Below, one piece after another: positions 1 through 13,168 of a DNA stretch of 64,000 nucleotides. The translations under genes were made by a program, and so were the position numbers. Position 1 is the first letter of the stretch. Each line of letters opens with the position of its first letter. The notes under the pieces were generated by a model that ran no database searches, had not been told where the DNA came from, and was given only the letters and a program-made list of their open reading frames with translations. This DNA comes from Octopus bimaculoides (lineage: Eukaryota): assembly GCF_001194135.2 (NCBI RefSeq), contig NC_068993.1:84817-148816 (forward strand). Direction: 5' to 3'.

Positions 1-3
1 TGT

Positions 4-268
4 TGTTATGTTTCCCTCGGACTGACTCGCAGAGATAACATAACGAGTTATACAATTTAATTATTACATTTATTGTTCAATTACATACAAAGAACGCACT
101 CACCCAATGTTCGTTATGAATAAACAAAAGTCATGTCCGCCATATATATATCAATGACATTTTACTACGACAGTCCCACAAGACAACAACAATGAAACAA
201 TGAACTCAGACGAACCACATGACACACGGAACGTCAGACGAATTACATATCTAACAGTCCATATAACA
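4..268 (-). mobile_element. Solo LTR (~265 bp)
   Basis: Begins TGTTAT and ends ATAACA (6-bp terminal inverted repeat). Right flank is GCTGT and the 3 visible left-flank bases are TGT, consistent with a 5-bp TSD. TTTATT (reverse AATAAA) lies inside. Confidence 0.7.
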
Positions 269-572
269 GCTGTACAACGCAGCAATCCAACCGCGGATTT
301 TCACCTCAATAGACGTGATTGATTGGTTAAAATTACCGAAATACGACAACTTTAACACAAAATAACTTCGAAAATAAAGAATTTTCTTTAAAACGCCATG
401 AGTAAATGATGTTTTAAATGACACAGTCTAGCAGTATACGAAATTTGAAAGTGTTTAGTTACAAAAAACTATTTTTTCTATGTGCCGGCCAAAAGGAAAA
501 GATCCGAATTTAAAATTATACAGGTGATATCTCTCACTCTCCATGACCAGACTTAATCTTTAAGATAACTTA

Positions 573-1170
573 TTTGTATTTCAGTATTATGTATACCTGT
601 CATGTATTTGTGTACATCATTAATATATAAGTGCATGCATGTGTGTGTGTGAAAAGGGGGCGTCTATCTTCAAAATGCCAAAGTTGAGTAACGTTTTTAT
701 GCTTGGATTTATAAACTACGATAAGAATAACACTGGTCAACAAAGAATTTGTCCCAAGGAAAAGAATACCTGGATCTTATATGCTTTTGCATGCAGAATT
801 CAAAAATAATGTCAAATTATCTGTATCACCCACAATTTCTCTGTTCCACGATATCCTTCACAGTTCCTGTTACGTGGGCTAAATTTCAGTTAAGCTGTTG
901 GAATGTGAAGCTAATGGTTTAAGAAATACTCCTAATTAAAATTTTTATGAATAGAATTAACCTAGTGAAATCATAAATGCAGTTATCTGAGTCAATGAGT
1001 CCCCAAAATATATGAAATGAAAAATATGTAAAAAACACTAACACACAGAAAAATCACACAAAAAATATTAACACACAGAAGCTCAGAAAAATATGTCATA
1101 TACTAACACAGAAAAATTACAACAAAACACGCGGGTGAAAAGAGTCTCGTGATGTGAAGCATCAAGTGTG
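573..1170. repeat. Dispersed composite repeat containing a Chapaev3-type terminus (taa|CACTGGTCAACA at 731)
   Basis: High-identity inverted copy at about 27140-27825 and 26895-26940. The 12-bp terminus is identical to the end of the Chapaev3 element at 19405. Confidence 0.75.
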
Positions 1171-1691
1171 AAAAATGGCCATAAACAGCGGAAACCTGGT
1201 TTCTTCTTAATAGGACCAACATCCTGCCCCCCCCCCCCNNNNNNNNNNNNNNNNNNNNNNNNNNNNNNNNNNNNNNNNNNNNNNNNNNNNNNNNNNNNNN
1301 NNNNNNNNNNNNNNNNNNNNNNNNNNNNNNNNNNNNNNNNNNNNNNNNNNNNNNNNNNNNNNNNNNNNNNNNNNNNNNNNNNNNNNNNNNNNNNNNNNNN
1401 NNNNNNNNNNNNNNNNNNNNNNNNNNNNNNNNNNNNNNNNNNNNNNNNNNNNNNNNNNNNNNNNNNNNNNNNNNNNNNNNNNNNNNNNNNNNNNNNNNNN
1501 NNNNNNNNNNNNNNNNNNNNNNNNNNNNNNNNNNNNNNNNNNNNNNNNNNNNNNNNNNNNNNNNNNNNNNNNNNNNNNNNNNNNNNNNNNNNNNNNNNNN
1601 NNNNNNNNNNNNNNNNNNNNNNNNNNNNNNNNNNNNNNNNNNNNNNNNNNNNNNNNNNNNNNNNNNNNNNNNNNNNNNNNNNNNNNNNNNN

Positions 1692-1737
<46 letters not shown>

Positions 1738-1834
1738 CCGTCTTCTTCGGCCTCTTGTCTGACGGCCCAGCTTTGGTTGGCACAGTTGGATGTATTTTCC
1801 TTTTGTTCCCTGCTTGATTCTCTTTCTTCTCTCC

Positions 1835-2149
1835 TTATTCCTCCCCCTCTCCTTCTTTATATTCGGTGCGGATGTGCCTAAGTTCCCCGTACTGGAAACA
1901 CCTTGGCTTTCTTCTCTCCACAAATACTACGAGGAACTCATCCGCTATCTCGATTTTTTCTGGAATTTCTTTTCTTGTTTGCGGTTCCGCTTGCACCATC
2001 CTATTTATTGTCTGGCTGTACCAGTTCATTTTGTCGGTAACCGACGCCTGGAGGAGCGTGATTTTCTCCTCCAGGTTCATAGTGATGGCTGCTACCAGCC
2101 ACATGGGGTCCACCTCTGGTAGGATTCTTCCAATTCTTATTTTCGACAA
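1835..2149 (-). mobile_element. Fragment of LINE ORF1/gag-like protein with decayed zinc knuckle
   Basis: SKIRIGRILPEVDPMWLVAAITMNLEE...VFVERRKPRCFQYGELRHIRTEY aligns by eye to ARVRVGRVPLEIEEAWLVASVMHGMEE...VVVGGRHPTCFLCKQKGHMKAKC at about 16310-16625. Confidence 0.7.
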
Positions 2150-2288
2150 AAGGATGGCGTCCTATTTATAAGCAAACTCAAAATTTCCTAATAAAATGAT
2201 TTACACCTCGAATGCAAATGATCACAAGTATGCTATGAGTGGAAGACTCCAAATATTGGGGAATCATAATTATAACTGCAACATTATT

Positions 2289-2770
2289 CTAATTCAATTC
2301 CCTTGTAGATCTAATTTTATAGGTTTTCAGAAATGTAGAGTGAAATTTATGACTACAGGAGGGGATCGCGTCTGAAAACTTATTTAACATAATAGCGTTA
2401 TATAATTTAAGGATTATATACGATTCCCTTACACACAATGTACACCTATCTGAACCATTACCATATGGGGCAGCCCTCGCAATTATGGACCATGTCAGGT
2501 CGTAAGGCAAGTTACAATCCCTAAGTTGATTTATATATGCCGCCAAGGTCGTGGAATTCTTATACTTAGGATTTGAAATGGAATTCAGATGGGCCCTATA
2601 TTGCCTTTTGGAGTCTATCGCACTACCTATATATATCTTGTTTTGTTTATTGGGTACGCTCACTATACATTTATACACAACATTGTATTGAAGACATGAT
2701 CCTGCAAGCGGACAGATTTTGGGGACTCTGAAGTTACAACTTTTATTCAGTTGCGTCCTACTATTACTGT
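2289..2770 (-). mobile_element. Penelope-like element, C-terminal GIY-YIG endonuclease fragment
   Basis: SCNFRVPKICPLAGSCLQYNVVY...KIYIG...QYRAHLNS...TTLAAYI...CTLCVRE...MLNK...CSHK matches the PLE Cys-linker plus GIY-YIG pattern. Confidence 0.85.
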
Positions 2771-2899
2771 TCTTACCTATATTTCCAGCATTATTAATAC
2801 CATTAGATTGGGGTATGGTACCTGGTTTTAAATTCATTAATGTTTTGGGTGAGGCTCTGTGTTGTTGAGACTCTCAAGATGGATTGCAGGGTGTTTTCG

Positions 2900-3400
2900 T
2901 CTTACCATGTCTCGCAAATGCTGCAAACTGTCAAGCAAAATGTCTGATTAACAATTTGACCAGAAGGAATAAATTTAGTGCGAATTTAGTGCGGAATGCA
3001 CTCAATTTATCAACAAAGTGTTGCTTTAGGAACACATTGGCGCTGACTTGGCTCAACATTTCTTGGCAACAAGGAAAGTGAGACAAGTTCAATTAGTGCA
3101 TCTGTGTCTCCCATAAACGCAGCTTCATTTGAAATGATTTCACTGCGTCATACATATCAGAGATCATGCGATCTCGTCAATAGTACTGGATGTTTAAAAC
3201 ATTGAGATTCGCAGTTACGTCAACCAGAAATGCCAACTCGCATTTCCACTTTTCATCTCGCAGAACTTTCGATTCTTTTCCTTTACTGTTCATAAACTGA
3301 CATATCTCCTCAACCAGCCCAAAAACTATATTGAGGACCTGTCCCCGACTGAGCCACCGCATCTCCGTATAAGGCACACCACTGAACTCTAATGTATTTG
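2900..3400 (-). mobile_element. hAT (Buster/SPIN/Charlie-like) transposase fragment, frameshifted
   Basis: YTEMRWLSRGQVL...KWKCELAFLVDVTANLNVLNIQ, continuing as RDRMISDMYDAVKSFQMKLRLWETQ...LSHFPCC. These are motifs of GTF2IRD2/SPIN-type hAT transposases. Confidence 0.85.
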
Positions 3401-3504
3401 CCGCAGGAAAGACTGAAAGTGGCCGTGAGTTAACTCTTTAGCTCGGATAAAGTTTACGGTCTGCGTTACAGAGCTCATTACATGTTCCATTTTAAAGGCT
3501 TTAG

Positions 3505-3845
3505 CGCACAGCATTTCCTGCGTGGCACCTTGGGCAAGTGTCTTCTACTATAGCCTCGGGCCGACCAAAGCCTTGTGAGTGGATTTGGTAGACAGAAACT
3601 GAAAGAAGCCCGTCGTATATATGTATATATATGTATATGTATGTGTGTGTATATGTTTGTGTGTCTGTGTTTGTCCCCCCACCATCGCTTGACAACTGAT
3701 GCTGGTGTGTTTACGTCCCCGTAACTTAGCGGTTCAGCAAAAGAAACCGATAGAATAAGTACTAGACTTCCAAAGAATAAGTCCTGGGGTCGATTTGCTC
3801 AACTAAAGGCGGTGCACCAGCATGGCCACAGTCAAATGACTGAAA
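3505..3845 (+). mobile_element. tRNA-derived octopus-type SINE, 5'-truncated
   Basis: Shares sequence with copies at 4491-4850, 6943-7195, 14468-14585 and 32380-32480. Has an internal (TA/TG) microsatellite and the common 3' tail ...gcatggccacagtcaaatgactgaaa. Confidence 0.8.
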
Positions 3846-4490
3846 NNNNNNNNNNNNNNNNNNNNNNNNNNNNNNNNNNNNNNNNNNNNNNNNNNNNNNN
3901 NNNNNNNNNNNNNNNNNNNNNNNNNNNNNNNNNNNNNNNNNNNNNNNNNNNNNNNNNNNNNNNNNNNNNNNNNNNNNNNNNNNNNNNNNNNNNNNNNNNN
4001 NNNNNNNNNNNNNNNNNNNNNNNNNNNNNNNNNNNNNNNNNNNNNNNNNNNNNNNNNNNNNNNNNNNNNNNNNNNNNNNNNNNNNNNNNNNNNNNNNNNN
4101 NNNNNNNNNNNNNNNNNNNNNNNNNNNNNNNNNNNNNNNNNNNNNNNNNNNNNNNNNNNNNNNNNNNNNNNNNNNNNNNNNNNNNNNNNNNNNNNNNNNN
4201 NNNNNNNNNNNNNNNNNNNNNNNNNNNNNNNNNNNNNNNNNNNNNNNNNNNNNNNNNNNNNNNNNNNNNNNNNNNNNNNNNNNNNNNNNNNNNNNNNNNN
4301 NNNNNNNNNNNNNNNNNNNNNNNNNNNNNNNNNNNNNNNNNNNNNNNNNNNNNNNNNNNNNNNNNNNNNNNNNNNNNNNNNNNNNNNNNNNNNNNNNNNN
4401 NNNNNNNNNNNNNNNNNNNNNNNNNNNNNNNNNNNNNNNNNNNNNNNNNNNNNNNNNNNNNNNNNNTATATATATATACATATATATATA

Positions 4491-4850
4491 CGACGTGCTT
4501 CTTTCAGTTTCCGTCTACTAAATCCACTCACAAGGCTTTGGTCGGCCCGAGGCTATAGTAGAAGACACTTGCCAAAGGTGCCACGCAGTGGGACTGAACC
4601 CAGAACCATGTGGTTGGTAAGCAAGCTACTTACCACACAGCCACTCCTGCGCCTATATATATATAATTATTCAATTACTTGTTTCAGTCATTTTGACTGT
4701 GGCCATGCTGGAGCACCATCTTTAGTCGATCAAATCGGCACCAGGACTTATTTTTTGTAAGCCTAGTACTTATTCGACCGTCCCTTTTGCCGAACCGCTA
4801 AGTTACGGGGACGGAAACACACCAACATCGGTGTCAAGCGATAGTGGGGA
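4491..4850 (-). mobile_element. Two adjacent minus-strand pieces of the same SINE family (head ends at ~4653)
   Basis: Reverse complement gives AGGCGCAGGAGTGGCTGTGTGG (A box) ... GGTTCAGTCCC (B box). The 3' half of a second copy spans 4680-4850. Confidence 0.8.
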
Positions 4851-4861
4851 CACACACACAA

Positions 4862-4922
<61 letters not shown>

Positions 4923-4953
4923 NNNNNNNNNNCGTGTGGTTGGGAAGCATATA

Positions 4954-4988
<35 letters not shown>

Positions 4989-5221
4989 GACTCTTCATTA
5001 GGCCTTGGACCCAACAATGGCACTTCATCCATTGAGTACATATTAAATTTTATTAAACTTGACCAATATTTTTTAAGCAATGAACAATTTTCATCAAAAC
5101 AATGACTTACTGCAAAGATGCAGGATAAACAAGATTTTTTGTCTTCCCATTCGCGGATCAGTACAATTTCTTTTCTATTTACCTTCTTTCTTCATATCTC
5201 TCCCTCTCTCTCTCTCTCTCT

Positions 5222-5267
<46 letters not shown>

Positions 5268-5629
5268 GTTGATTCCTTTCAACCATCACCAGTACCATCA
5301 CCATCGCCACCACAACTGCCACACAAACCATTCACACTTCTGGCGCAACCATCATCAATACCTTTGTTATCGCCGCCTTCCCCTCCACCACCACCACTAC
5401 CACTGTCTTTCACATCGCTTACTATCATCGTCATCCCTGACAGCCTCGGCTACCACCACCACCACCACCACCACCCTACTGTTGCCTCCACCTCTATTAC
5501 AGCAACAACTCATACTATTACTTTCACCCCATTACCATCACAACTGTCAATCTACTACCGCCTTCGCCGTCCCCCTGCCTACTATACTCTCACCCCAACA
5601 TGAGGATCTGTCATTGAATAGTGAGAGAG

Positions 5630-6942
5630 AGGGCAAGTGTGACACACTGATATACAGAAATTCGGGCGTTATCCTTGCTAGGGAGGGCGGAGGTAGTGCA
5701 GATGTTTATAGCATCAGTAATCACCTACCGCCTGACCGTGGTGCCTTGCCCCGATTTGTGACTGAACAAGTTGGAGAGAATCCTTTTCCGCTTTTTTGTG
5801 GAAGGGAGGAAAGCCACTCGTGAAGCGCTCTGTCTGCTGCCAGAAACCGCTAAAGGGTGGGTTAGTGATGACCTGGCTGAAGATGCGAAAATTCGCGTCG
5901 AGGTTGAGGCACCTCTGGCTTTACCTGGATGGAGAGAAGTTGTGGTCACCGCAAGTCCGGTTCTATCTTCCGCAGTTAACGTCCTTAACGGACATTGGTA
6001 CATGGATCAGGCAGAGACCTAGACTGGGGAACTGGTAATTGGAGTGTCGTCAGACACTTCAGTTGCTCTCTCGGGCGGGCAATGCCGGCAGCAGGAGTTC
6101 CACCGCGGACTTTTATAGCGGGTTAGTGGAGATTATGTCCGAAGACGCCTTGGGGGAGCCCCTGGACTACTATGAAAATCAGTTGATCAACCTGTTCAGG
6201 AGAGCTTTCTGGCCGAGGTATCTGGATAATTACCAGAAATCCCTGGCTTGGCAAGGCCCCCGTGCGGCGTTACCTGTTCGCGATAAGCTATCAAGGCACG
6301 GAAGTGCCGTCTCGCCGATATGTCTGAGGTGCGGGCAGGACAGGGAAACCGTCTTGCATGCATTTGTGGAATGTCCGGAATTAACGGGACTGATCGCTTT
6401 CGCAGAACAACTATTGTCATCGATGGGAAGAGTACAGCTACCGGCTGAGTCTATCATCGAGATTGTGCCGCCTCCTTCCCTTAACAGGGAGAGGAAGGCT
6501 TGCTTTTTCTGCGTAGTAACCATACTGAAAGAAACAGTATGGAAGACGTGTGTGAAAGGAATGGTGACGAGTACCTTTGTATCCGGCAGTAAAATCAGGC
6601 TGGAGAAGAGATACCTGTCACGAGACAGATTCGATGAAAGATGGAAGCTTGTGGCAAGAAAGCTGGGAGTGAGTGGCACCAGGTAAGTGTAGCCCCGGAA
6701 GGAAAGCAAAGGTTCTACCCTGGTGGTCGGTTGCCTTTCTTTCAGGAGATCCATTGCATGTGGCAATGGGAAATCATCGGATTTTTAATTTTTCATTGCA
6801 ATCGCAATTTTTAATCGCATTTCATCATTCATTTAAAACAGAACTTTTAATCGACAAAGCTTCTTCCCCCTTTTATGTTTGTCTGTCCTCGTTTGTCCCA
6901 TCTGTGTAATGCCTGCATGGCAAATTTTTATGAAATAAAAAA
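5630..6942 (+). mobile_element. 5'-truncated L1/Tx1-clade LINE (post-RT ORF2, C-terminal Cys-rich zinc finger, 3' UTR, A-rich end)
   Basis: ALSLLGRAEVV...KLERILFRF/LWKGGKPLVKR...GGL (frameshifted), then LPVRDKLSRHG...CLRCGQDRETVLHAFVECP (zf-RVT type). Ends at gaaataaaaaa. Confidence 0.85.
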
Positions 6943-7195
6943 GCTTGCTTCCGAACCACATGGTTCGGGGTTCAGTCCCGCTGTGTGGCACTTTGGGCAA
7001 GTAGCTTCTATTATAGCCTCGGCAAGTGTCTTCCACTATAGCCTCTCCGTAACTTATCGGTTCGGCAAAAGAAACCGATAGAATAAGTACTAGGCTTACA
7101 AAGAATAAGGCCTGGGACGATTTGTTCGACTAAAGGCAGTGGTCCTGCATGGCCACAGTCAAGTGATTGAAACAAGTAAAAGAATAAAAGAATAC
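6943..7195 (+). mobile_element. Internally deleted SINE
   Basis: Head and tail match the family at 3505 and 4491. The middle part is missing. Confidence 0.7.
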
Positions 7196-7631
7196 ATACA
7201 TACATGTATATATGTATATATATATGTATGTATTCTTATATATATANNNNNNNNNNNNNNNNNNNNNNNNNNNNNNNNNNNNNNNNNNNNNNNNNNNNNN
7301 NNNNNNNNNNNNNNNNNNNNNNNNNNNNNNNNNNNNNNNNNNNNNNNNNNNNNNNNNNNNNNNNNNNNNNNNNNNNNNNNNNNNNNNNNNNNNNNNNNNN
7401 NNNNNNNNNNNNNNNNNNNNNNNNNNNNNNNNNNNNNNNNNNNNNNNNNNNNNNNNNNNNNNNNNNNNNNNNNNNNNNNNNNNNNNNNNNNNNNNNNNNN
7501 NNNNNNNNNNNNNNNNNNNNNNNNNNNNNNNNNNNNNNNNNNNNNNNNNNNNNNNNNNNNNNNNNNNNNNNNNNNNNNNNNNNNNNNNNNNNNNNNNNNN
7601 NNNNNNNNNNNNNNNNNNNNNNNNNNNNNNN

Positions 7632-7665
<34 letters not shown>

Positions 7666-8370
7666 GTATGTGTGTATGTATGTACGTATGCATATTTGTG
7701 TGTGTGTGTGTATATGTATGTGTGTACATTAACGTAATACATCCACATTACTTCCCGTATCAACTTTCTGTTCTTCTATTTAGCCCCCCCCCCTCTTTTA
7801 CCTATTCTTTTCTTCTTTTCCACGTCACATTCACCGCCGCTGCCCCCACCAGCATCACCGTGAACACCACCACCACCACCGCCATCATCATTTCCATTAC
7901 ATTGTAGAAAATATGATAGTTGATTAACACCAAATGATGATTCACCAAATTTAACAAAGCTGACGACTTGCAATATCTTTTTCTTTTTTCTTTCTCGCTA
8001 CCTTTTGTCAGATTTTAAACTCCAGTCAACGATGAAGCTTCTACCTGGCCGTTCAATATGCTAGTAATAACCACGAAATAACCCTCAGATCATTCCCCAC
8101 TGTTAGAAAAAAAAAAACCAACAGTATACATTAGACAATGTATCCCTTAACAAGCGGAATGGCCACAGCTGGAATGATGATAGGTCTTACTTGTTAAGGG
8201 CTGGGGTTAAGCAACAACATATTTCTATCTGTGCACTAATAAAATCATGCCTGGTTTTGGTTCCACTAAATTCACTTTTTTTAATCACTTCCTTATCATG
8301 GAAATTGGAAATGTTGGGGGATTGAGGAAGAAGATAAGGAAAATTATGATGGTCACACTTCTGTCTCTCT

Positions 8371-8411
<41 letters not shown>

Positions 8412-9033
8412 AAATGCTACTCTTTAAAATGCTTAATTAACTCGAGTTTACATTCGGAAGATAAGAGTCATTCGATAAATCGATTTAGCAACCCGGTTTC
8501 GATTCTTACGTGGAGCTAGCTAGTTCATTTTAGTTTACATTATGTTACTGATACTTTCCGAAAGAGAGAGAGGGAGTTGGAGAGGGAGAGAAAGAGAGAG
8601 AGAGAGAGATAAAAGCAGTAAGCATCACAATGCGTTATCCACCCGTCTAAACATTTCAAGCTTTAATTCGCGTGTATAGGAAACAATTTCTTCTTTGATT
8701 ATTACAAATTGTAATTTTCTCTCCGCTCCCCCCCCNNNNNNNNNNNNNNNNNNNNNNNNNNNNNNNNNNNNNNNNNNNNNNNNNNNNNNNNNNNNNNNNN
8801 NNNNNNNNNNNNNNNNNNNNNNNNNNNCCCCCCCCCCATTCATCCGTCTTCTTTCTCTTAGCTGCTATCACAGAACTGCTGCTGCCTTTTTCATACCTCC
8901 TTCGCACGCATCCTTCTCACTGCAACATTGAACGAAAAACAAAGCAACCAACCATGTTTACTTTTAGTACTGGATTTTACCCCTTTAACTATATGGACTT
9001 CATTGAAAGATAATATAAAAAAGACCAAGAATA

Positions 9034-9136
9034 ATGGCTTTAATGTTCGGCGATACAGCTACTGTCATACTACTGGTAGCCATCCATGTATATTTGGTAC
9101 ATAGCAGATTTCTTTCCGATTCTGCTTTCCTGAACG
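9034..9136 (+). CDS. Candidate first coding exon (signal peptide) of the EGF/FTP gene
   Basis: ataATGG start context with an in-frame TAA at 9016. Encodes MALMFGDTATVILLVAIHVYLVHSRFLSDSAFLN, a hydrophobic core with a plausible cleavage after VHS. Phase-1 donor G|GTATGT joins exon 47793 in frame (...FLN-G-RCP). Confidence 0.6.
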
Positions 9137-9826
9137 GTATGTAAACACGAGACCCGCTTTATTATTTCTATTCATAAAAAAAAAATACCTTTGATGAATT
9201 ACCTTCTTTCTCGTCTTTAGGTTATATGAATTATATTCAATAAGTATAATTTATTATTTTTATTATTGTATTGTTTTATAATGAACACAGCAGTTTCATT
9301 GTTCCACCCCCTCCTCCCTATATTGTGACGTTGTGCCTACATAAGAAATCAATGTTGTGAACATTCATTTGTCTATTTATATATTTTTTCTTCTCTCTCC
9401 CCGTGCTGAATATCTAACAATCAGCCGTAGGCTCAAAGATAGAAAACCTTTGCTACTATTTCAAAGCTGGTCAATGAATGACACATCACCGCTAGAGTAA
9501 TAAATGCCAGTGTCAAAATTACAGAGCCATCGACAAATATATTTTCCTCTCTCTCTCTCTCTCACTCACTATATATATGTGTATGTGTATATATGTATTA
9601 TATATATGTGTTTGTATAAATGTATTATATATATATATAGAAATACATATTAGAGACAAAATCCAAAATTACAGGTAAAAACTCAATTAAAATCAATTTA
9701 TAAAAAATTAAAATTAAGTTGAGCTTTACAGATTTAATTTTTCTATATGTGATAGTGGATTTTCATCGATGAATTCATGAAACTTGTTTCTTTTCCCTAA
9801 AACTATATATATATATATATACACAC

Positions 9827-9877
<51 letters not shown>

Positions 9878-9949
9878 TGCATATATATATGCATGCATGT
9901 ATAAATGTATCATGTGTGTGTAATATATATATGCATGAATATATGTGTG

Positions 9950-9983
<34 letters not shown>

Positions 9984-11832
9984 ACTTATATATATATATA
10001 CTTCTGCTGAGGTAACCAAAATTTTTCTTTCGTAATTCTAACGTCCCCTCAATTACATCTGCGTACATTAAAATATATTTTGTAAAACAACAAATGAATC
10101 TGAATCATTTCGGTTTACATAAACAATTACAACAGTGAAGTACATATTTTCACGAGTTACAATTAAAATTGTAATATTCTGAACGAGTTACAATTATTAC
10201 ACACGAGAATAAAATATATTTTTCTGATAATTTTGTGTGTGTGTGTGTTCCCTAAAATGTGCTTGCGACTATAGCAATGTAAGCGGAATTTTGGTGTATG
10301 GTTAAGCTACCAAGTTGAATAGTATAGTAATTTTGTGCCTTGTAGTTTAGAGATAAATTATACCACTATTCAATCGAATCCAGTTTGTCATCGAAGTGTC
10401 ACTCGCCTCTGCCATCAGGTAGTGGCAGTCAAAAGAAGAGCTTTCATCCAGCAGCTCACTTTATTTTCTCCAACAGCTTTATTATTCCCATTTTACCAAA
10501 TATTTTATTTCTGTTCTTTATACTCCAGTGAAAAGCATGGAACAAAACGTGATACGTGCCGCCTAATGAATGAATCTGCAGACTTTTGCTTCAAGTAGTT
10601 TAAAGCGAAAACGTATGTTATCAATATAGTGTTAAATATATTATTCCAAAGGTGTAATATTCATTTCGATTTTTGTTTTATCTTTACTGTTAGCATGTGT
10701 ATTTGGCTGGCAATCATCTTGCTAGATGTCAGATATCATTGATTCTTACAGCATTCAATATTTCTTCGAAAGAATCAAACTTCTAATTAGATAAATTCTA
10801 TATTCTTTTGTATTTTTTTTTAAAGAAATCAACGCAATGAATGTGTTAATAAAATGACGTTATTTAATTTGTTTTCGCGACGCTCCCCCCTCCATGGCTA
10901 CAGGCAACAATGACTATGATTCACAAATACTCCACTGGCTACTTCTATTTCAACTCTTATTCCATTACTTTTCAAATATTAACCAAATAAAGTATAACTT
11001 GTCTATTCAAATGAAAAAGTATTACCAAGTAATAGAGCGAGCAGTTGCGGAAATGTTTTATCTCAATTCCTCATCTTTATGCTTGAAGTTGAGAGAGAAA
11101 TTTACCAACATTATTCTACCAGTTCTTCACTCCCTTCATTAATATGTGTTCTTTGACCACATGCTTACAACGCGCTTGCCTCTACTGTATGTGGCAAGCA
11201 GTTGATAGAAAATTCAAGCATTTAAACCGCTAGAGATTCAGAAAATCCAACCTCATCTTCTTCAGTTGTGTTTCTTCTCTAAGATTCTTGTGATTCTAAA
11301 AACTGAGTTTAATTTGTTAATAAAACTAGACAAAGAAACGTTTTCAGATAACGGTTCGTGAAATTCGAAATTATTATTAATTTAATTATTATTAGGAAAG
11401 TTTTACTACTATAGATATAATTCTTATTCTTTTTTTTAAAGAAACACCACTGTAGTTTATAAATGGAGAACCTACAAAATAAGCAGTTGGCAATTCACCT
11501 GTTTTAGCCTACCATAGACCGTTCACCAGATTTTAGAATCATAACAACCAAATTCAATAAACAATGTAGTAATAACATGTTCGAAATAATTTTACAGAAA
11601 ACATATCTTCATTTAAATCTGAATCATGTCAGCAATAAATACGCCATGAAAAATGCTTGAATTTTATGTGTCTGTGTGTGGAGGGGTGTATGTGTATGCT
11701 ATGTATATGTATACACACATACACACACGCACATTGTGTACATATATATATATGTAGGTATGTATGAGAAGGAATATACATATATATACATATACATATA
11801 TATACATATACATATATATATANNNNNNNNNN

Positions 11833-11875
<43 letters not shown>

Positions 11876-13080
11876 GATATTTATAATATATATACGCACA
11901 CGCATGCACACCACACACACACACATTGGTTGCATGTTCTATTGTGTTTATATCCGTTTTCATTCCAATATCTATAAATAGTATCAAATAACTTATAGAA
12001 TTTGGAGCAGAGAATATGTATAGAACTGAACGTATCTGAATATTGATTTTGTGTCAGCTTTAATTATTATTAAAGCAATTTTGAATAATTTTAGAGGTGA
12101 CAGCTAGATTTTGAACCTGTGAAGAAAGTGTGGTCGTTGTCTTGACTAAACAAACGGATTTAGATTTAGAATTTTACAGCAAACAAGAAAAACAAACCCA
12201 CTTTATCCCAGGATATCAACCTAAGATGGCTGACGAATTCAATGTAAATTTTCTTGCACCCCGCTTAAAAAAAAAAGCGTATAAAGACTAATAAACCCTT
12301 GCTCTAATTATTTGTTAGCGCCTCTACTAGAGCCTATTCAATATGATAATTGATCAAGGTAAATCGATTTCTTTCGTAGCCACAAGCTGTCCGATTTTTA
12401 GAAAAATAGAGAAGTTGGAATGTTGTGATATTTATGCCTTTTCCATAGGCATCTGTGACATAAGGCAAATAGTTAACTCTTAGTTTAATTTCTGGTATTT
12501 CTCGTTGTTTGGCACCGACAACACCAACACAAAATGCTAATAGTAATGTCTCAAAGTAATCAGAATTAGTATATGTTCACAATCGAAAATAGAACAAAAC
12601 GATTTGAATTAACAAAGTAATATCAAAAGTTGGAAACAAAATTATAAATTACGTTCTCCAATTAAACGAAATTCTAAATTCAAATTGAGTAACATTTTTC
12701 ATCTATTGTCAAAATGAGAACTTCACCAGAATTGGATGTAGAACTGCATTTGAGGAAAAATATTCTAACTAAAAATCTTGTGATATATTTTGATTGTGGT
12801 AATTGTATGCAACTAAAACTCTGCGCTCAGATAAGTTGTTTCGCCATAAGTAAGCTTTGAATGAACAAACTTGTAATCAAAGGAATTCTAGTTTTGACCA
12901 TCCAGTCTGCAATTGTCAAATATGCTCTTTCCATTTTACTACATGTTCTCCCAAACAGTAGTTAAATGAATGAAGCATTCGTCAAATATCCAGTTTCAAC
13001 ATCTTACAGCCGAGAACTGGTCTCTCATCTCCTTCTCTTTCTCTCCTTCTCTCCTTCTCCCTCCCTCTCTCTCCCTCTGG

Positions 13081-13168
<88 letters not shown>

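Noticed and set aside
4560-4653. tRNA-like A and B boxes (also at about 24390-24441, 36955 and 53910)
   Set aside because: These are SINE heads. There is no cloverleaf or acceptor stem and each continues into SINE body sequence.
5080-5823. His/Pro/Thr-rich ORFs of 161 and 247 aa
   Set aside because: They are low-complexity (CT)n/(CAC)n tracts plus the off-frame start of the Tx1 LINE.
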